The notes under the pieces: model-generated | What the model saw: only the letters and a program-made list of their open reading frames with translations | Told to the model about the DNA's origin: nothing | Databases searched by the model: none | Assembly: GCF_004353825.1 (NCBI RefSeq) | Contig: NZ_SMNA01000009.1 | Coordinates: forward strand, 62,001-126,000 | Source of the DNA: Occultella glacieicola | GTDB lineage: Bacteria; Actinomycetota; Actinomycetes; Actinomycetales; Beutenbergiaceae | Reading direction: 5' to 3' | DNA length: 64,000 bases | Part shown: positions 48,688 to 60,038 of the stretch, in pieces | Layout of the letters: each line of letters begins with the position of its first letter | Position numbering within the stretch: position 1 is the first letter of the stretch | Made by a program: the position numbers and the translations under genes

Positions 48688-48885
48688 TTGGCTGCACGGC
48701 AGTTCGATCAGCGCAACACCCCCGACCCCAGGCCCGACGACGAACCCGCGGGCCCGCCGCCGACCGGGGCGAGCGCGAGCGCGCGCGATGCCGAGGTGGA
48801 CTCGCTGCTGGACGAGATCGACGACGTCCTCGAGACGAACGCGGAGACCTTCGTGCGGGGATTCGTGCAGAAGGGCGGCCAGTGA
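48688..48885 (+). CDS. pup: Prokaryotic ubiquitin-like protein Pup (TTG start)
   Basis: [37 protein letters not shown]. Confidence 0.96.
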   Translation: MAARQFDQRNTPDPRPDDEPAGPPPTGASASARDAEVDSLLDEIDDVLETNAETFVRGFVQKGGQ

Positions 48886-49697
48886 CGGCCGACTTCGGCG
48901 ACCGGCTCCCGGCCGCGTTCTCCCGACCCGGGAGTTCGTCGTTCGTCGACTTCCTCGCCGATCACGCCCCGGACCTGCTGCTCGGACGCACCCAGAGCGG
49001 CCAGAGCACACTGGGCTCCGTGCCGACCCCGCACGCGACCACCATCGTGGCGCTCACCTTCGAGGGTGGGATCGTGATGGCGGGCGACCGGCGCGCCACG
49101 ATGGGCTCGACGATCGCCCACCGGCAGATGGAGAAGGTCTTCTCGGCCGACGACTACTCCGCGGTCGGCATCGCCGGCACCGCCGGGGTGGCGGTGGAAC
49201 TGGTCCGCCTGTTCCAACTCGAGCTCGAGCACTACGAGAAGATCGAGGGCACCCTGCTCTCGCTCGAGGGCAAGGCGAACCGGCTGGCCACGATGGTCCG
49301 CTCCAGCCTGCCGATGGCGCTCCAGGGGCTGGCCGCCATCCCGCTCTTCGGCGGGTACGACGGCCTGCGTGCCACCGGACGGATCTTCTCCTACGACGTG
49401 GTCGGCGGCCGCTACGAGGAGCATGACTTCCACGCCATCGGCTCCGGCTCGGTGCACGCGCGGGGCTCGATGAAGAAGCTCTGGTCGTCCGGCCTCGACG
49501 CCGACGCGGCCGTGCGGACCGCGGTGCACGCGCTCATCGACGCGGCCGACGAGGACTCGGCAACCGGGGGACCGGATCTGGCCCGTGGCATCTACCCGAT
49601 CGTCGCGGTCGTGGACGCGAGCGGCTACCGCAGGGTCCCCGACGAGGAGCTCGCGGCCGTGGTCCGGGCGATCGGCACCGGGGAGGACCTGTCATGA
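48882..49697 (+). CDS. prcB: 20S proteasome beta subunit
   Basis: Propeptide [24 protein letters not shown] and DSATGGPD. Confidence 0.96.
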   Translation: MTADFGDRLPAAFSRPGSSSFVDFLADHAPDLLLGRTQSGQSTLGSVPTPHATTIVALTFEGGIVMAGDRRATMGSTIAHRQMEKVFSADDYSAVGIAGTAGVAVELVRLFQLELEHYEKIEGTLLSLEGKANRLATMVRSSLPMALQGLAAIPLFGGYDGLRATGRIFSYDVVGGRYEEHDFHAIGSGSVHARGSMKKLWSSGLDADAAVRTAVHALIDAADEDSATGGPDLARGIYPIVAVVDASGYRRVPDEELAAVVRAIGTGEDLS

Positions 49698-50407
49698 CGC
49701 AGCCGTTCTACGTCTCTCCCGAGCAGCTCATGAAGGACCGGGCGGACTTCGCCCGCAAGGGCATCGCCCGCGGCCGGTCGGTGATCGTGATCGGATACTC
49801 CGGCGGTATCGCGTTCGTCACCGAGAACCCGTCCCGCGCCCTGCACAAGGTCAGCGAGATCTACGACCGGATCGGATTCGCCGCCGTCGGCAAGTACAAC
49901 GAGTTCGAGAACCTCCGGGTGGCCGGCGTCCGGTACGCGGACCTACGCGGGTACTCCTACGACCGGGTGGACGTCAGCGCCCGCGGCCTGGCGAACGCGT
50001 ACGCCCAGACCATGGGCGCCGTGTTCACGACCGAGTCCAAGCCGCTCGAGGTGGAACTCGCCGTCGCCGAGGTGGCCGACGCCCAGGCCGGCGACCAGAT
50101 CTACCGGCTCGGCTACGACGGCTCGGTCGCCGAGGAGCCGGGCTTCGTGGTGATGGGCGGCGCGGCCGAGCGCCTGGGCGCACTGGTCCGTGAGGAGTGG
50201 TCCGAGGGCCTCTCCCTGGAGCAGGTGCTGCGGCTGGCCGTGCGCGTACTCGGCGCCGGCGAGGAGGAGGACGGTTCCGCCGACCGGGTCCTCGCCCCGG
50301 CCAGCCTTGAGGCCGCCGTGCTCGACCGGGACCGGCCCCGCCGGGCGTTCCAGCGGCTCGGCGTGCCGGCCCTTGCCCGCCTGCTGCCCGCCGCGGAGCC
50401 CGAATGA
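49694..50407 (+). CDS. prcA: 20S proteasome alpha subunit
   Basis: [26 protein letters not shown]. Confidence 0.96.
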   Translation: MTQPFYVSPEQLMKDRADFARKGIARGRSVIVIGYSGGIAFVTENPSRALHKVSEIYDRIGFAAVGKYNEFENLRVAGVRYADLRGYSYDRVDVSARGLANAYAQTMGAVFTTESKPLEVELAVAEVADAQAGDQIYRLGYDGSVAEEPGFVVMGGAAERLGALVREEWSEGLSLEQVLRLAVRVLGAGEEEDGSADRVLAPASLEAAVLDRDRPRRAFQRLGVPALARLLPAAEPE

Positions 50408-51810
50408 GGATCCGGCGCATCTTCGGTCTGGAGACCGAGTTCGGCGTCACCTGCGCCGCGCCCGAGGGCCGGGGCCTGTCCGCGGAGGAAGTGGCCCGCT
50501 ACCTGTTCCGGAAGGTGGTGGCCTGGGGCCGCTCCTCGAACGTGTTCCTCGGCAACGGCTCCCGGCTGTACCTGGACGTCGGCTCGCACCCGGAGTACGC
50601 CACCGCCGAGTGTGACGACCTGCGCCAGCTCGTCTTCCACGACAAGGCCGGCGAACGCATCCTCGAGGGCCTCGTCGCCGACGCCCAGGAGCGCCTCGAC
50701 GCCGAGGGCATCCCGGGCCGGATCCACCTGTTCAAGAACAACCTCGACTCCGCAGGCAACTCCTACGGCTGCCACGAGAACTATCTGATCCGGCGCCGGG
50801 GGGACTTCGCCAGGACCGCCGAGGTGCTCGTCCCGTTCCTGATCACCCGCCAGGTGCTCACCGGCGCCGGCCACATCCTGACCACCCCACGCGGGCCCAC
50901 ATACTGCTTCTCCCAGCGCGCCGACCACCTGTGGGAGGCCACCAGTTCCGCGACCACGCGGTCGCGGCCGATCATCAACACCCGCGACGAGCCGCACGCC
51001 GACGCGGATCTGTACCGTCGCCTGCACGTCATCTCCGGCGACTCCTCGATGTCGGAGACCACCACCATGCTCAAGGTGGGGATGACCGACATCCTGCTCC
51101 GGATGATCGAGTCCGGGTACATCTTCGGCGACCTGAACCTGGAGAACCCGGTGCGCGCCATCCGGGAGATCTCCCACGACATCACCGGGACCAAGCAGGT
51201 GGCCCTGGCCCGCGGCACCAAGGTGAGCGCCGTCGACCTCCAGGAGCAGTACCTGCAGCGGGCCCGGGACTTCATCGCGGAGGCTCCCGAGGGCGGCCCG
51301 CACGACGAGTGGGTCCTCGAGCTGTGGGGCCGCGGCCTGACCGCGCTCCGCAGCGGTGACCTGACGCTCGTGGACCGCGACCTGGACTGGGCGATCAAGA
51401 AGCGGCTCATCGACCGGTACGTCGACGCCCACGACGTGCCGATGTCGGACCCCCGGGTCCTGCGGCTCGGCCTCGCCTACCACGACATCTCCCGCACCGA
51501 CGGACTGTTCGCCCGCCTCGCCGCCCGCGGCCTGGTCAGCCGGGTGGTCACCGACGAGGAGATCGACGCCGCCACCACCGAGCCGCCGCAGACCACCCGG
51601 GCCAAGCTCCGCGGCGACTTCGTCACCGCGGCGACCGCCCGCCGTCGGGACTACACGGTGGACTGGGTGCACCTGAAACTCAACGACAACGCCGGCAGGA
51701 CCGTGCTCTGCAAGGACCCGTTCCGCAACACCGACGACCGGGTGGACCGGCTGATCGCGAGCCTCGACCCACCAGGATCGACCCAGGTGACTCCCAGCCT
51801 CGCCCCGTAG
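50404..51810 (+). CDS. pafA: Pup-protein ligase
   Basis: [37 protein letters not shown] and DWVHLKLND. Confidence 0.96.
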   Translation: MRIRRIFGLETEFGVTCAAPEGRGLSAEEVARYLFRKVVAWGRSSNVFLGNGSRLYLDVGSHPEYATAECDDLRQLVFHDKAGERILEGLVADAQERLDAEGIPGRIHLFKNNLDSAGNSYGCHENYLIRRRGDFARTAEVLVPFLITRQVLTGAGHILTTPRGPTYCFSQRADHLWEATSSATTRSRPIINTRDEPHADADLYRRLHVISGDSSMSETTTMLKVGMTDILLRMIESGYIFGDLNLENPVRAIREISHDITGTKQVALARGTKVSAVDLQEQYLQRARDFIAEAPEGGPHDEWVLELWGRGLTALRSGDLTLVDRDLDWAIKKRLIDRYVDAHDVPMSDPRVLRLGLAYHDISRTDGLFARLAARGLVSRVVTDEEIDAATTEPPQTTRAKLRGDFVTAATARRRDYTVDWVHLKLNDNAGRTVLCKDPFRNTDDRVDRLIASLDPPGSTQVTPSLAP

Positions 51811-51821
51811 ACTCCGCGATC

Positions 51822-52730
51822 ATGCCCGCACCTGCCCGACCCCGCCGCCCGGTGGGGGTGCTCCTGCAGCGCCTGCTGGCCGTGCTGGCCCTCGTCGCGG
51901 GGCTGACCGGCCTGGTGGCCTGCACCCCCGACGAACCCGAACCGTCCGGCATCGACCTGGTCGCCGTCGGCGGCAACATGGGGGCGCACCCCCAGGTGAC
52001 CTTCGACGCCCCGCTCGCGGTCACCGAGACCGAGACCGAGGAACTGATCACCGGCGAGGGCACCGTGCTGGTCGACGGCGCCGCCGTGATGGTCTCCTAC
52101 CTCGCCATCGACGCGGTGACCGGCGAGACGATCGAGGACACCTTCAGTTCCCAGCCGGAGGTGCTGCTGCTCACCGAGGCCGAGGCCGGCCCGCTCTACG
52201 ACGAACTGCTCGGCCGCACCGAGGGATCCCGGCTGCTGCGCGTTGAGGTCGGGACCGCCACCAAGCCGAACCCGTTGGTCCTCGTCTACGACATCCTGCA
52301 CACCCGGGCGTGGGGCGAGGAGGTGCCCCCGGCGGCCGGCATGCCGGTGGTGAGTCGCAGCGAGACCGGTGAGCCCACCGTGACGATCCCGGACACCGCC
52401 CCGCCCGCGGATCTGAGCGTCGTCCAGCTCATCCGGGGCGACGGCGCCCAGGTGCGTTCCGGCCTCGCCGTCACCGTGCGGTACACCACGATCGCGTGGA
52501 GCACCGGTGAGGTCGTCGAGTCGACCTGGGGCGAGGGGCAGGCACCCACCACCGTGGCCTTCACCGGCCTCATCCAGGGCTGGCAGGAGGGCCTCGTCGA
52601 CGAGACCGTCGGCTCCCAGGTGATGCTGATCGTGCCGCCCGAGCAGGCGTTCGGTGACGATACCCTCGTCTACGTGATCGACGTGCTGGCCGTGTCCGCC
52701 CTGAACGGCACCGACGGGGCGGGCGAATGA
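51822..52730 (+). CDS. FKBP-type peptidyl-prolyl isomerase (lipoprotein)
   Basis: Lipobox [12 protein letters not shown]...[11 protein letters not shown]...LVYVIDVL. Confidence 0.88.
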   Translation: MPAPARPRRPVGVLLQRLLAVLALVAGLTGLVACTPDEPEPSGIDLVAVGGNMGAHPQVTFDAPLAVTETETEELITGEGTVLVDGAAVMVSYLAIDAVTGETIEDTFSSQPEVLLLTEAEAGPLYDELLGRTEGSRLLRVEVGTATKPNPLVLVYDILHTRAWGEEVPPAAGMPVVSRSETGEPTVTIPDTAPPADLSVVQLIRGDGAQVRSGLAVTVRYTTIAWSTGEVVESTWGEGQAPTTVAFTGLIQGWQEGLVDETVGSQVMLIVPPEQAFGDDTLVYVIDVLAVSALNGTDGAGE

Positions 52731-53497
52731 GCCTGGCGTTGCGGGTGATCCCGTGCCTGGACGTGAACGCGGGTCGCGTCGTCAAGGGAGTGAACTTCGA
52801 GAACCTGCGCGACGCCGGTGACCCGGTCGAACTGGCCCACCGCTACGACGCCGAGGGTGCCGACGAGGTCACGTTCCTGGACGTCAGCGCCTCCACCGAG
52901 GGGCGGGCGACCACGCTGGAGATCGTCGCCCGGACCGCCGAGGAGGTGTTCGTCCCGCTCACCGTCGGCGGCGGGGTGCGAAGCACCGACGACGTGGATG
53001 CGCTGCTGCGCGCGGGCGCGGACAAGGTGGGGATCAACACCGCCGCGATCGCACGTCCCGAGCTCATCGCCGAGGTCGCGCACCGGTTCGGTTCCCAGGT
53101 GCTGGTGCTGTCCGTGGACGCCCGGCGCACGCCCGACGGCGTCAGCACGCCCTCGGGGTACGAGGTCACCACTCACGGGGGTCGCCGGGGCACCGGCATC
53201 GACGCCCTCGACTGGGTGAGCCGGGCCCAGGACGCCGGGGTGGGGGAGATCCTGCTGAACTCGATCGACGCCGACGGCACCACCGCCGGGTTCGACCTCG
53301 AGATGCTCACCGACGTGCGCGCGCGGGTGCGGGTGCCGCTGATCGCCAGCGGAGGTGCCGGCACCGCCGAGCACTTCGTCGAGGCCGCCCGCACGGGGGC
53401 CGACGCCCTGCTCGCCGCGAGCGTGTTCCACTACGGCACGCTCACCATCGGCGACGTCAAGGACCACCTGCGCGAGGCCGGCTTCGAGGTCCGCTGA
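52727..53497 (+). CDS. hisF: Imidazole glycerol phosphate synthase cyclase subunit
   Basis: RVIPCLDV...VVKGVNF, PLTVGGG and IASGGAG. Confidence 0.97.
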   Translation: MSLALRVIPCLDVNAGRVVKGVNFENLRDAGDPVELAHRYDAEGADEVTFLDVSASTEGRATTLEIVARTAEEVFVPLTVGGGVRSTDDVDALLRAGADKVGINTAAIARPELIAEVAHRFGSQVLVLSVDARRTPDGVSTPSGYEVTTHGGRRGTGIDALDWVSRAQDAGVGEILLNSIDADGTTAGFDLEMLTDVRARVRVPLIASGGAGTAEHFVEAARTGADALLAASVFHYGTLTIGDVKDHLREAGFEVR

Positions 53498-53533
53498 GCA
53501 CCGGACGGGCTCAGAGGCCCGTGCTCGCTCCGG

Positions 53534-54175
53534 CTACCCGGCGGCCCACGCCTCGAACTCCGCGACCGCGTCCGGCGCGCCGGTGATCCGCACCCGAGCG
53601 GCGTCGCGGCGGCCCATCGCGAACAGCGTCTGTTCCAGCGGAGCACCGGTGAGGGCCACGGACACGGCCCCGGCGCGCACCCGCCGTCGCGGGCCCTCGG
53701 GGACCACCTGCACCACGCCGACCGGCGCGGACCGGTACGCGAACTTCGAGAACTGCCCGGCGCGCCGCCAAACGTCGCCGGTCAGCTCCACCGGCAGTTC
53801 CCGCGGCGGCAGCGGATCCGGTCCGGCGCGGCGGACGTCCTCGTGGTGGACCAGGTACTCGAGCAGGTTCATCGCCTCGTCGGCACGCCCGCCCACCAGC
53901 CGCATCGGGTTGGCCCCGACCGGCCCGGCCGCGAACGCCGCCACCGCCGCGGCGTAGGCGGTGGGCTCACGCAGACCTTCGGAGACGTCGTCGATCAGCC
54001 GGTCCGCGGAGTCCGGTGCCCACGGCCGCGGCACCAGCCGCCACGGCTCGTTCCCGCGCAACATCAGGTGCGCGGCCAGGTGCCGCGTCTGCCAGCCCTC
54101 GCACAGGGTGGGCGCGTCCGGCCCGGCGTTCGTGAGGGACTCGACCAGGGCGGACTTCTCGCGCGCGGACCACAT
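53534..54175 (-). CDS. TIGR03085 family (MDMPI/DinB-like) metal-binding protein
   Basis: GPDAPTLCEGWQTRHLAAHL and EYLVHHEDVRRA. Confidence 0.88.
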   Translation of the reverse strand: MWSAREKSALVESLTNAGPDAPTLCEGWQTRHLAAHLMLRGNEPWRLVPRPWAPDSADRLIDDVSEGLREPTAYAAAVAAFAAGPVGANPMRLVGGRADEAMNLLEYLVHHEDVRRAGPDPLPPRELPVELTGDVWRRAGQFSKFAYRSAPVGVVQVVPEGPRRRVRAGAVSVALTGAPLEQTLFAMGRRDAARVRITGAPDAVAEFEAWAAG

Positions 54176-54295
54176 GGGCTCCACGTTCTCACACCCGCGC
54201 CCCGTCACCACCGGCTCACGACCCACCTCGGCCCACCCGCCACCCGGCCCGGGGGGCGGGGGGTGGGGGGTGTGGCGACGGGTAGGCTAGGGCCA

Positions 54296-56215
54296 GTGCC
54301 CGCAGAACCCGCCGGAGACGGCGATCCCGCCATGCCCGCCCCCCACGATCCGCCCCCTCACGCGCTGCCCGGCGGCGCGGTCCGGCGGTCCCTGCTGCTG
54401 ATCGGACGGGGCATCGCCGCGCAGCCGCGGACGTTCACGATCGCGATCGCGGCGAGCGTCGTGTACGGCGTCGGCCTGGTCGCCTCGGGCTGGCTCCTCG
54501 GCCGCATCACCGACGGCGTGGTGCTGCCCGCGATCGAAGGGTCCGGGGTGGCGGGCGCCACCATCTGGTGGGCCGGGCTCGGGTTGCTGCTGGTCGGGGT
54601 GGTGACCGCCGTCGGGGTGGCCCTGCGCAGGATCTACGCCGGCATCGGGGCTCTCGACGTGCAGGCGGGGCACCGGCGCCGGGTCACCCGGCAGTACCTC
54701 CGGCTGCCGATGACGTGGCACCGCAGGCACCCGGCCGGCCAGTTGCTCTCCAACGCGAACGCCGACGCCGAGGCCGCCGGCGGGGTGTTCATGCCGCTGC
54801 CGTTCGCGCTCGGCGTGCTCGCGATGATCATCGTGGCCGGGGTCGCCATGATCGCCGCGGACCCGGTGCTCGGCGTGATCGGGGTGAGCGTGCTCCCACT
54901 CGTCCTCGTCGTGAACGCCGTCTACCGGAAGTACATGAGCCCGGCGATCACCCACGTGCAGCATCAGCGGGCGGTCGTCGCCGACGTCGCGCACGAGAGC
55001 TTCGAGGCCGCCGCCGTGGTGAAGGCGCTCGGCACCGAGGAGATCGAGGAGCGGCGCTTCGCCTCGGCCAGCGCCACCCTGCGTGACGCGAACATCGCGG
55101 TCGGGCGGATCCGGTCGGTGTTCGACCCGGTGATCGACCTGCTCCCGGGGCTGGCCACGCTCGGCGTGCTGGCCGTGGGGGCGACCAGGGTCGCGGCCGG
55201 TGTGGTGGACACCGGCGCGGTCGTCAGCACCGCCTACCTGCTCACCGTGATGACCTTCCCGGTGCGCGCGATCGGGTTCGTCCTGGGTGACCTGCCGCGC
55301 TCGCTGGTCGGTCACGACCGGGTCTCCCGGGTCATCGACGCCCGCGGGTACCTCGGCCAGGGTTCCCGACGTCTGGGCGGCGCGGGTTCCGCCGGCGTGG
55401 GTCTGCGGCTGGACCTCGACGGTGTCGGCGTGCGGGTGCCCAGCCACGACGCCGACGGCGCGCCCACCGAGGTGGACCTGCTCTCCGACGTCTCGTTCAC
55501 CGTGCCGCCGGGCCGCACCGTGGCGATCGTCGGCTCCACCGGCGCCGGCAAGTCGACCCTGGTCGACGTCATCGCCCGGCTGCGGGATCCCTCGGCCGGA
55601 GTGGTCCGCTACGACGGCGTCGACGCCCGCGAGATCGCCGATGCCGACCGGACGGGCTCGATCGCCCTGGTGGCACAGTCGGCGTTCGTGTTCGAGGACA
55701 CCGTCCGGGGCAACGTCACCCTCGCCGACCGGCCCGGACCCGACGACGACGGCGCCGGTCCGGTCCACACCGACGCCCAGGTCTGGGAGGCGCTCCGGAT
55801 CGCGCAGGCGGACGGGTTCGTCGCGTCACTGCCGGACGGCCTGGACACCGTGATCGGCGAGCGCGGCGCGTCCCTGTCCGGTGGGCAGCGGCAACGGCTG
55901 GCGATCGCGCGCGCCCTGATCCGGCGTCCGAGGCTCCTGGTCCTCGACGACGCGACCTCCGCCGTCGACCCGCTCGTGGAGCAGGCCATCCTGGCCGGGC
56001 TGCGCCGCTCCTCCGGCGACGTGACCGTGGTCCTGGTCGCCTACCGCACCGCGACGATCCTGCTCGCCGACTCGGTGGTGCACCTCGAGCGGGGCCGGGT
56101 GGTCGACACCGGCGCACACGAGGAGGTGCTCGGACGGGACCCGGGCTACCGGCGCCTGGTGACCGCCTACCAGCGTGGCCGCGAGCAACGGGACGAACGG
56201 CGGGTGGCCCGATGA
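54296..56215 (+). CDS. Heterodimeric ABC exporter subunit 1 (TMD+NBD, degenerate site; start at 54296 or 54332)
   Basis: GSTGAGKS, LSGGQ, Walker B VLDDAT (E->D) and switch VAYR (H->Y). Confidence 0.92.
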   Translation: MPAEPAGDGDPAMPAPHDPPPHALPGGAVRRSLLLIGRGIAAQPRTFTIAIAASVVYGVGLVASGWLLGRITDGVVLPAIEGSGVAGATIWWAGLGLLLVGVVTAVGVALRRIYAGIGALDVQAGHRRRVTRQYLRLPMTWHRRHPAGQLLSNANADAEAAGGVFMPLPFALGVLAMIIVAGVAMIAADPVLGVIGVSVLPLVLVVNAVYRKYMSPAITHVQHQRAVVADVAHESFEAAAVVKALGTEEIEERRFASASATLRDANIAVGRIRSVFDPVIDLLPGLATLGVLAVGATRVAAGVVDTGAVVSTAYLLTVMTFPVRAIGFVLGDLPRSLVGHDRVSRVIDARGYLGQGSRRLGGAGSAGVGLRLDLDGVGVRVPSHDADGAPTEVDLLSDVSFTVPPGRTVAIVGSTGAGKSTLVDVIARLRDPSAGVVRYDGVDAREIADADRTGSIALVAQSAFVFEDTVRGNVTLADRPGPDDDGAGPVHTDAQVWEALRIAQADGFVASLPDGLDTVIGERGASLSGGQRQRLAIARALIRRPRLLVLDDATSAVDPLVEQAILAGLRRSSGDVTVVLVAYRTATILLADSVVHLERGRVVDTGAHEEVLGRDPGYRRLVTAYQRGREQRDERRVAR

Positions 56216-58014
56216 CCGCGACCACCCCCGGCGCCAGCGCCCGGATCGAGAGCACCTCCGACCTCGGCGTGCTCGGTACCCTCCGGGCCGGCGTGGCCCT
56301 CTCGCCGGCCATGCGCACGGGCATCGGCGTCACGCTGGCCCTCGCCGTGCTCGCCACTGCCGGGCGGCTGATCGTCCCGGTCGTGGTGCAGCAGACCACC
56401 GACGCCGGCATCCTCGCCCCCGGTGGGGTGGATGTCGGCCTCGTGCTGCGGCTGTGCGCCGTCGCCGCCGTCGGTCTGCTCGCCGCCGCCGCGTGCACCA
56501 CGTGGGTGAACGTGCGCCTGTTCCGCGCGGCCGAGGCCGGCCTGCTGCAGCTGCGGGTGCGGGCGTTCCGGCACGTGCACGACCTGTCCGTGCTGACCCA
56601 GAACACCGAGCGGCGCGGTTCGCTGGTGTCAAGGGTCACCTCCGACGTGGACACCATCTCCCTGTTCGTGCAGTGGGGCGGGATGCAGCTGGTGCTGTCC
56701 ACGCTGCAGATCGTCGGCGCGACCGTCGCGATGCTGTTCTACTCCTGGCAGCTGACCCTCGTGGTCTGGCTGGCGTTCGCCCCGATGATCGTGCTCGCGC
56801 CGCGTGCGCAGCGGATCCTGAACGTCGCCTACGGCACCGTCCGGCTGCGGGTCGGAGCGCTGCTCGGGCGGATCTCGGAGTCGGTCGTCGGCGCCCAGAC
56901 GATCCGCTCCTACGGCGCCGGGGCCCGCACCCAGCGCCGCCTCGACGAGGCGATCCGCGAACACCGTGACGCCGCCGTCCGGGCGCAGACCTGGGCGTCG
57001 CTCGCGTTCTCCTCCGGGGTGCTGCTGTCCGGTCTGGCGCTGGGGGCCGTCGTGGTCGTCGGCACCCTGCTGGGGATCGGCGGCGACCTCACCGTGGGCG
57101 GGCTGCTCGCCTTCCTGTTCCTGGTGCAGATCTTCACCGGCCCGGTGCAGTCCGCCACCGAGGTCCTGAACGAGCTCCAGAACGCCGTCGCCGGCTGGCG
57201 CCGGGTGATCTCCGTGGTGCACACCCCCCTGGACATCACCGAGCCCGACGCCGCCGTCCCGGCCGGCCCGCGTGGCCCGGCGACTCTCGATTTCGTCGGC
57301 GTCACCTACACCTACCCGGGGTCGCCCGCACCCGTGCTGCACGGCATCGACCTGGCGATCCCGGCCGGTGCCCGCGTCGCCGTCGTGGGGGAGACCGGCT
57401 CCGGCAAGACCACCCTGGCCAAGCTGCTCACCCGGATGATGGATCCGGAGACCGGCGCGGTGCGCCTGAACGGTGTCGACCTGCGCGACCTCGCGCTGGC
57501 GGACCTGCGCTCGCGGGTGGTGATCGTGCCGCAGGAGGGGTTCCTGTTCGACGACACGATCGCCGGCAACGTCGCCTACGGGCGGCCCGGAGTGGAGGCC
57601 GACGGCGTCGCCTCCGCGCTCGAGCGGCTCGGCCTGGGCGGGTGGCTGGGTACGCTCCCGCTCGGCGTGCACACCGCCGTCGGGCAGCGCGGCGAGGCAC
57701 TCAGCGCCGGCGAACGGCAGCTCGTCGCGATCGCGCGCGCCTACCTCGCCGATGCGGACGTGCTCGTCCTCGACGAGGCGACCTCCGCCGTCGACCCCGC
57801 GACCGAGCACCGGATCAACACCGCGCTCGCGGAACTGACCGCCGGGCGCACCTCGGTGGCGATCGCGCACCGGCTGTCCACGGCCGAGGCCGCGGACCTC
57901 GTGGTCGTGGTGGACGCCGGCCGGATCGTGGAGTTCGGCCCGCACGCGGAGCTGGTGTCCGCGGGTGGGGTCTACGCGCGGATGCACGCGACGTGGATCT
58001 CGGCCAGTGAGTGA
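56212..58014 (+). CDS. Heterodimeric ABC exporter subunit 2 (TMD+NBD)
   Basis: GETGSGKT, LSAGE, VLDEAT and AHRLST. Confidence 0.92.
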   Translation: MTATTPGASARIESTSDLGVLGTLRAGVALSPAMRTGIGVTLALAVLATAGRLIVPVVVQQTTDAGILAPGGVDVGLVLRLCAVAAVGLLAAAACTTWVNVRLFRAAEAGLLQLRVRAFRHVHDLSVLTQNTERRGSLVSRVTSDVDTISLFVQWGGMQLVLSTLQIVGATVAMLFYSWQLTLVVWLAFAPMIVLAPRAQRILNVAYGTVRLRVGALLGRISESVVGAQTIRSYGAGARTQRRLDEAIREHRDAAVRAQTWASLAFSSGVLLSGLALGAVVVVGTLLGIGGDLTVGGLLAFLFLVQIFTGPVQSATEVLNELQNAVAGWRRVISVVHTPLDITEPDAAVPAGPRGPATLDFVGVTYTYPGSPAPVLHGIDLAIPAGARVAVVGETGSGKTTLAKLLTRMMDPETGAVRLNGVDLRDLALADLRSRVVIVPQEGFLFDDTIAGNVAYGRPGVEADGVASALERLGLGGWLGTLPLGVHTAVGQRGEALSAGERQLVAIARAYLADADVLVLDEATSAVDPATEHRINTALAELTAGRTSVAIAHRLSTAEAADLVVVVDAGRIVEFGPHAELVSAGGVYARMHATWISASE

Positions 58015-58062
58015 GCAGCCCGGTAGTCCGTGACCCGTCGCCGCCGTGGGAGGATCGAGGGC

Positions 58063-58449
58063 GTGTCGAACCCCACCACCCTGGATCCCTCGATCGCAGC
58101 CCGGCTGAAGCGGGACGCCAACGGCCTCGTCTGCGCCGTCGTGCAGGACGACGCCTCCGGTGACGTCCTCATGGTCGGCTGGATGGACGACGAGGCGCTG
58201 CACCGCACCCTGACCACCGGCCGGGCCTGGTACTGGTCCCGGTCCCGGGGCGAGTACTGGCGCAAGGGCGACACGTCGGGGCACACCCAGCACGTGCGCT
58301 CGGTGGCGCTGGACTGCGACGGCGACGCCCTGCTGGTCCGGGTGCATCAGGTCGGCCCGGCCTGCCACACCGGCACCCGCACCTGCTTCGAGGCCGGTGG
58401 CGACCTCGGCGCCGTGGTCGCCGGCCGGGCCCCGGGGGCCACCCGATGA
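58063..58449 (+). CDS. hisI: Phosphoribosyl-AMP cyclohydrolase
   Basis: [19 protein letters not shown] and ACHTG..TCF. Confidence 0.96.
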   Translation: MSNPTTLDPSIAARLKRDANGLVCAVVQDDASGDVLMVGWMDDEALHRTLTTGRAWYWSRSRGEYWRKGDTSGHTQHVRSVALDCDGDALLVRVHQVGPACHTGTRTCFEAGGDLGAVVAGRAPGATR

Positions 58450-60038
58450 GCGGCGCGCCCTCGGGCCCACCGGACGGTTCCGCCGGGCCGGCCATCGCCT
58501 GGGGCGAGACCTGGCCCTCCGCGGCCGGGTTCCGTGATCTGGCCGCCGACCGGCGGGTGATCCCGGTGGTGCGCCGGATCCTCGCCGACGACGTCACGCC
58601 CGTGGGGCTGTACCGCCGGTTGTCCTCGGGCCGGGCCGGCACGTTCATCCTGGAGTCGGCGGCCTCGGACGGCGTGTGGTCGCGCTGGTCCTTCGTGGGG
58701 GTGTCCTCCCGGGCGATCCTCACCGAGGTCGACGGGCGGGCCCACTGGTACGGCGACGTCCCGGTCGCGGTGCCCCGCACCGGTGACGTGCTCGAGGTTC
58801 TGCGCGAGACGCTGCGGGTGCTGCACACCCCGGCGCTGCCCGGCCTGCCGCCGCTGACCGGCGGGCTGGTCGGCGCACTCGGCTGGGACGTGATCCATCA
58901 CTGGGAGCCCACCCTGCCGAGGCTGGCCCGCGAGGAACTGGACGTGCCCGAGGTGGCCCTGTGCCTCGTCGGGGACATGGCGGCGGTGGACCACAACACC
59001 GGCGACGTCTGGCTGATCGCGAACGCGATCAACTTCGACGACACCGACGAGCGGGTCGACGAGGCGCACGCCGACGCCGTCGCCCGGCTCGACGCGATGG
59101 CGGCCGCGCTCGTGGCGCCGGCGCCGTCCCGGGCGATGGTCACCCTCGAGGGTGCGGCCGCGCAGGAGCCCGAGCTGCGGTTCCGCACCGAGCGGGCCGA
59201 CTTCGAGGCAGGGGTGCTCGCGGCCAAGCAGGCGATCACCGACGGCGAGGTGTTCCAGGTGGTGCTGTCCCAGCGCCTGGAACTGGACTGCGCCGCGGAC
59301 CCCTTGGACGTGTACCGGGTGCTGCGGACGATCAACCCGAGTCCGTACATGTACTTCCTGCACCTCGGCGATCCCGGGGCGGACGGGCTCGGCGACTTCC
59401 ATGTGGTCGGCTCGAGCCCGGAGACCCTCGTCAAGGTGACCGGCCGGGACGTGATCACGTTCCCGATCGCCGGCTCGCGCCCGCGGGGCGACACCCCGGC
59501 GCAGGACCGCGAGCACGCCGACGAGCTGCTCGTGGACCCGAAGGAGCGTGCCGAGCACCTGATGCTCGTGGACCTGGCCCGCAACGACCTCGGCCGGGTC
59601 TGCGAGCCCGGCAGCGTGGCCGTCGTGGAGTTCATGGAGATCAAGCGGTACAGCCACATCATGCACATGTCGTCCACGGTCACCGGGCGGCTGCGCCCGG
59701 AGTCGACCGCGGTGGACGTGTTCACGGCGACGTTCCCGGCGGGCACGCTCTCGGGGGCACCGAAGCCGCGGGCGATCGCCCTCATCGACGAGCTGGAACC
59801 GGCACGCCGCGGCATCTACGGCGGCACGGTCGGCTACTTCGACCTGGCCGGTGACCTGGACATGGCGATCGCGATCCGGACCGCGCTGATCTCCGACGGC
59901 GTGGCCAGCGTGCAGGCCGGCGGGGGACTGGTCGCCGACTCGGTCCCGGAGGCCGAGTACTGGGAGAGCCGGAACAAGGCCGCCGCCGCGGTACGGGCGG
60001 TGCAGATCGCCGCCGGGATCGGGGCGATCGCACCGTGA
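58446..60038 (+). CDS. trpE: Anthranilate synthase component I
   Basis: [24 protein letters not shown] and [10 protein letters not shown]. Confidence 0.96.
   Translation: MSGAPSGPPDGSAGPAIAWGETWPSAAGFRDLAADRRVIPVVRRILADDVTPVGLYRRLSSGRAGTFILESAASDGVWSRWSFVGVSSRAILTEVDGRAHWYGDVPVAVPRTGDVLEVLRETLRVLHTPALPGLPPLTGGLVGALGWDVIHHWEPTLPRLAREELDVPEVALCLVGDMAAVDHNTGDVWLIANAINFDDTDERVDEAHADAVARLDAMAAALVAPAPSRAMVTLEGAAAQEPELRFRTERADFEAGVLAAKQAITDGEVFQVVLSQRLELDCAADPLDVYRVLRTINPSPYMYFLHLGDPGADGLGDFHVVGSSPETLVKVTGRDVITFPIAGSRPRGDTPAQDREHADELLVDPKERAEHLMLVDLARNDLGRVCEPGSVAVVEFMEIKRYSHIMHMSSTVTGRLRPESTAVDVFTATFPAGTLSGAPKPRAIALIDELEPARRGIYGGTVGYFDLAGDLDMAIAIRTALISDGVASVQAGGGLVADSVPEAEYWESRNKAAAAVRAVQIAAGIGAIAP

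Noticed and set aside
58015..58460. Trp or His attenuator/leader peptide
   Set aside because: hisI and trpE overlap (ATGA), and no Trp- or His-codon-rich leader with alternative hairpins was found.
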